64,000 nt of DNA from Nitrospirales bacterium. GTDB lineage: Bacteria > Nitrospirota > Nitrospiria > Nitrospirales > UBA8639. The translations under genes and the position numbers were made by a program. Under the pieces are notes generated by a model. It was given only the letters and a program-made list of their open reading frames with translations, was not told where the DNA came from and ran no database searches. The stretch covers positions 1,216,001-1,280,000 of the forward strand of contig CBDBCZ010000015.1 in NCBI GenBank assembly GCA_965203295.1, written 5' to 3'. How positions within the stretch are numbered: the first letter of the stretch is position 1; the number at the start of each line of letters is the position of its first letter. Below are positions 61,465-64,000 of this stretch, piece by piece.

Positions 61465-61841
61465 TTAACACAAGCCGGGACTTTAAAAGCTTAGCTCCAG
61501 GTTTCAAGGAAGTGTGCTAGGTTCTGACTTACCTAGCTAGAGAGCAGAGAGTCCCCAGGCTTCCCTTTTTCACTTCCACTGACAAAGGCTGGGGCTCACT
61601 GCCAGGCCTTGGAAGACACAAAAGCTGGCAGAAGGCCTGGGAACCAGGCTAGAAGCATGGTTTGCCAGTTTATTCATTTTTGTGCCATGTCACGAAAAAT
61701 GAATTATGTGATTTCTAAATGTCTAGTTTGCCTGGTACAAAGACATTTTCGATGACAGACGAACCAACTGCAACCATTAGAAATTCACAGTAGAATGCAC
61801 ACCAGAGCTAGAGCCCCCATAGGAGCCTGCAGGATCACATG

Positions 61842-62163
61842 TGGTACTGTAGTAGCCTCGTTCCCAGTCCTGCCTTTATCTCACAGACTTGGAGAAGAAG
61901 TGAGGGGGAAGGGCGCCTGGTACCACTTATCACGTACCGTGATGTAGGGTAGACTTATTTGCCCATACCACAGTACTTACGTGCCCATACACTGTACACT
62001 AATTGCATCCGTTAAGCACAATTGAAACGGCGCAACCGAGGGGTAGTTGACTGAGGCAGACAGTCCTTCAGGCAGCGATAAGCCCAGACTGACTTTGTCA
62101 CACTCTATTCCAGTGGTGCCTGACCTCTCTCCCTCGTTGGAGCCTCGTCTCAGTCAGCCTCTG
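61842..62163 (+). repeat. ~320-bp direct repeat, copy 1 (begins with a tagcctcgttccc MITE-like end)
   Basis: Aligns to 63689-64000. Confidence 0.92.
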
Positions 62164-62681
62164 GGGTCTCCTGGTACTTACACTGTTGCCTAGCAAGTAC
62201 CAATCTTCTGTTGTCCTCTCTTCTTCAAGTTCTTGGATCCTCAGATCCTACCTTGTGGTCGGCTAGTGATCACAATGTCTTGACTTGGATGTGCACTTGT
62301 GGAAATTATTTTATATATGGAACCCAGTGCATATGTGTAGAATGGTGTCCCTACAGATTGCTTAGAGAGATCTGAGCCCAAGTACCGACCTCACTCTGCT
62401 TGCAAAAATTCTGTAATTAGATGCTCTCATGTGACCTGGTCATGGCATATCCCCCCCCTGCTGCGTTAGCGTGTGTGACATTGTTCTTACATAATTCTCT
62501 AAACTTGATACTGATCAAAATAGGAACTACTAGTATTAGCACCAGAGCTGCAGTTTCCCTTGCAATGTTATGTAGGGCCATACTTATGGCTGCAGAGCAG
62601 TTAATAGAATTTATGTACTTTTATAGCTAATATTGAGAGAGGTTTACAAACCCACAAGTGTTTCGAACAAGTGCTGGGTAG

Positions 62682-63295
62682 AGGTAGGTTCCACTTCCAA
62701 AAATGGATGTTTATTGGCGCCCAACATTCATTCACTTTTGGATGACTCTATCAAATGAAGCATTTTTATCCAAAAATGGGTGTTTTGTGACATTTTTTTT
62801 TCTATAGAGCTATAGGCCCATCACAGCCCCCCAAATATTATATCTTAAACTTACCTACAGGTGTCCAAAAGGGAGCCTTCTGGCTTAATAACTGTTAACA
62901 TTCATCAATTTTGGATGGTCAATGTCATCCAATTATGGATGGTTTTAAGAACTGTAATATTTATCCAATGCTGGATGATCAATGTCTTCCAATTCTGGAA
63001 GTTAATAATTGCCATCCAAATATGGATGGTTGATGTCAACCATTTTCGAATGTTTATTAGTCTTGCAGCTGCTCTATAGAAAACAAAGGTCACAAAACAT
63101 CCATTTTTGGATGAAAATGCCTCATTTGATAGAGTCATCCAAAAGTGGATGAATGTTGGGCGCCAATAAACATCCATTTTTGGAAGTGGACCTTACCTGG
63201 CTGGGTACGTATATAAGGAGCCAGAAGGTTCCCTTTTGGACACCTGTAGGTAAGTTTAAGATATAATTTTTGGGGGGCTGTGATGGGCCTATAGC
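62682..63295. repeat. Interlocked inverted repeats A-B-X-A'-B'
   Basis: A 62682-62810 pairs with 63071-63198. B 62809-62885 pairs with 63219-63295. Confidence 0.9.
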
Positions 63296-63403
63296 ACACT
63301 TTTGAGAAACCCATGTGTGGACTACTACGGAATTGAACTGGAACATGTCATGTAGGCTGAGGGCAAGTGTAAACAAGCCCCCTGTTGTGATGCAAATTGA
63401 AAT

Positions 63404-63428
63404 TGTGTGTGTGTGTGTGTGTGTGTGT
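63404..63428 (+). repeat. (tg)n microsatellite
   Basis: Read directly from the sequence. Confidence 0.95.
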
Positions 63429-63600
63429 CCCCTACATGGTGAATAGTCCACAAATGCAGTAGTTCTACACCACACTACTAATGGTACTTGCTTTTTTACA
63501 TGATGGCAACCTCAGTAATTTTCAGTCTTGTTTGAGGTGGAAAAATAACTAAGATTCCCTCCTTGTTTTTGAAAGTACTTCCACATTCAAATTTCTCACG

Positions 63601-63660
63601 ACTAGAGCTCGAACTACTCTCACTCTGACCACTAGAGCTCAAGCTACTCTCAGTCTGAGA
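63601..63660 (+). repeat. 30-bp tandem repeat, 2 copies
   Basis: actagagctcgaactactctcactctgacc followed by actagagctcaagctactctcagtctgaga. Confidence 0.85.
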
Positions 63661-63688
63661 GCAAACAGTAGACGCTACACCAGACTAT

Positions 63689-64000
63689 TGGTATTGTAGT
63701 AGCCTCGTTCCCAGTCCTTCCCTCACCAGTGTTTATCTCATAGCCATAGAGAAAAAGTGAGGGGGAAGGCCTGGTACCACTTATCACGTGTCATGACGTA
63801 GGGTAGTCTTGTATGCCCACACAATAATTGAAAAGCAGTATTCGTTAAGCACCAAACAATTGAAACGGCGCAACCGAGGACTGTTGACTGAGGCAGACAA
63901 TCCTTCAGGCAGCGATAAGCCCAGACTGACTTTGTCACACTCTATTCCAGTGGTGCCTGACCTCTCTCCCTCGTTGGAGCCTGGTCTCAGTCAGCCTCTG
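63689..64000 (+). repeat. ~320-bp direct repeat, copy 2 (runs off the window)
   Basis: Aligns to 61842-62163. Confidence 0.92.

Noticed and set aside
62861..63475. ORFs with repeated WM/IQ motifs
   Set aside because: They are translations of the catccaa/ttggatg repeats and the (tg)n tract.

Overview
Eukaryotic (animal) DNA. The dispersed repeats and a Pmp-like beta-helix gene remnant resemble demosponge genomes as I recall them, but that is inference only. Bases 1-~47916 are one single-orientation AT-rich satellite array that starts before the window. It is built from two monomers sharing a 43-bp core (aactggttattcaaaggcttgtttagtttggttgatgttagtc): a 163-bp long unit (L) and an 85-bp short unit (S). 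The units form shuffled higher-order repeats and nested duplications (1230, 1484, 1763, 2760, 4032 bp and ~11.5-12.1 kb offsets), with an island of diverged hybrid monomers at ~7.7-9.8 kb. The array stops abruptly. The remaining 16 kb is a patchwork of broken intron-containing gene copies (TRAPPC13 twice, p38-type MAPK remnants, a Pmp-like gene), an RTE-like LINE fragment, MITEs (one Kolobok-type), local duplications, interlocked inverted repeats and one orphan satellite fragment. This looks like a satellite/pericentromeric boundary. I see no intact gene and no CRISPR system.
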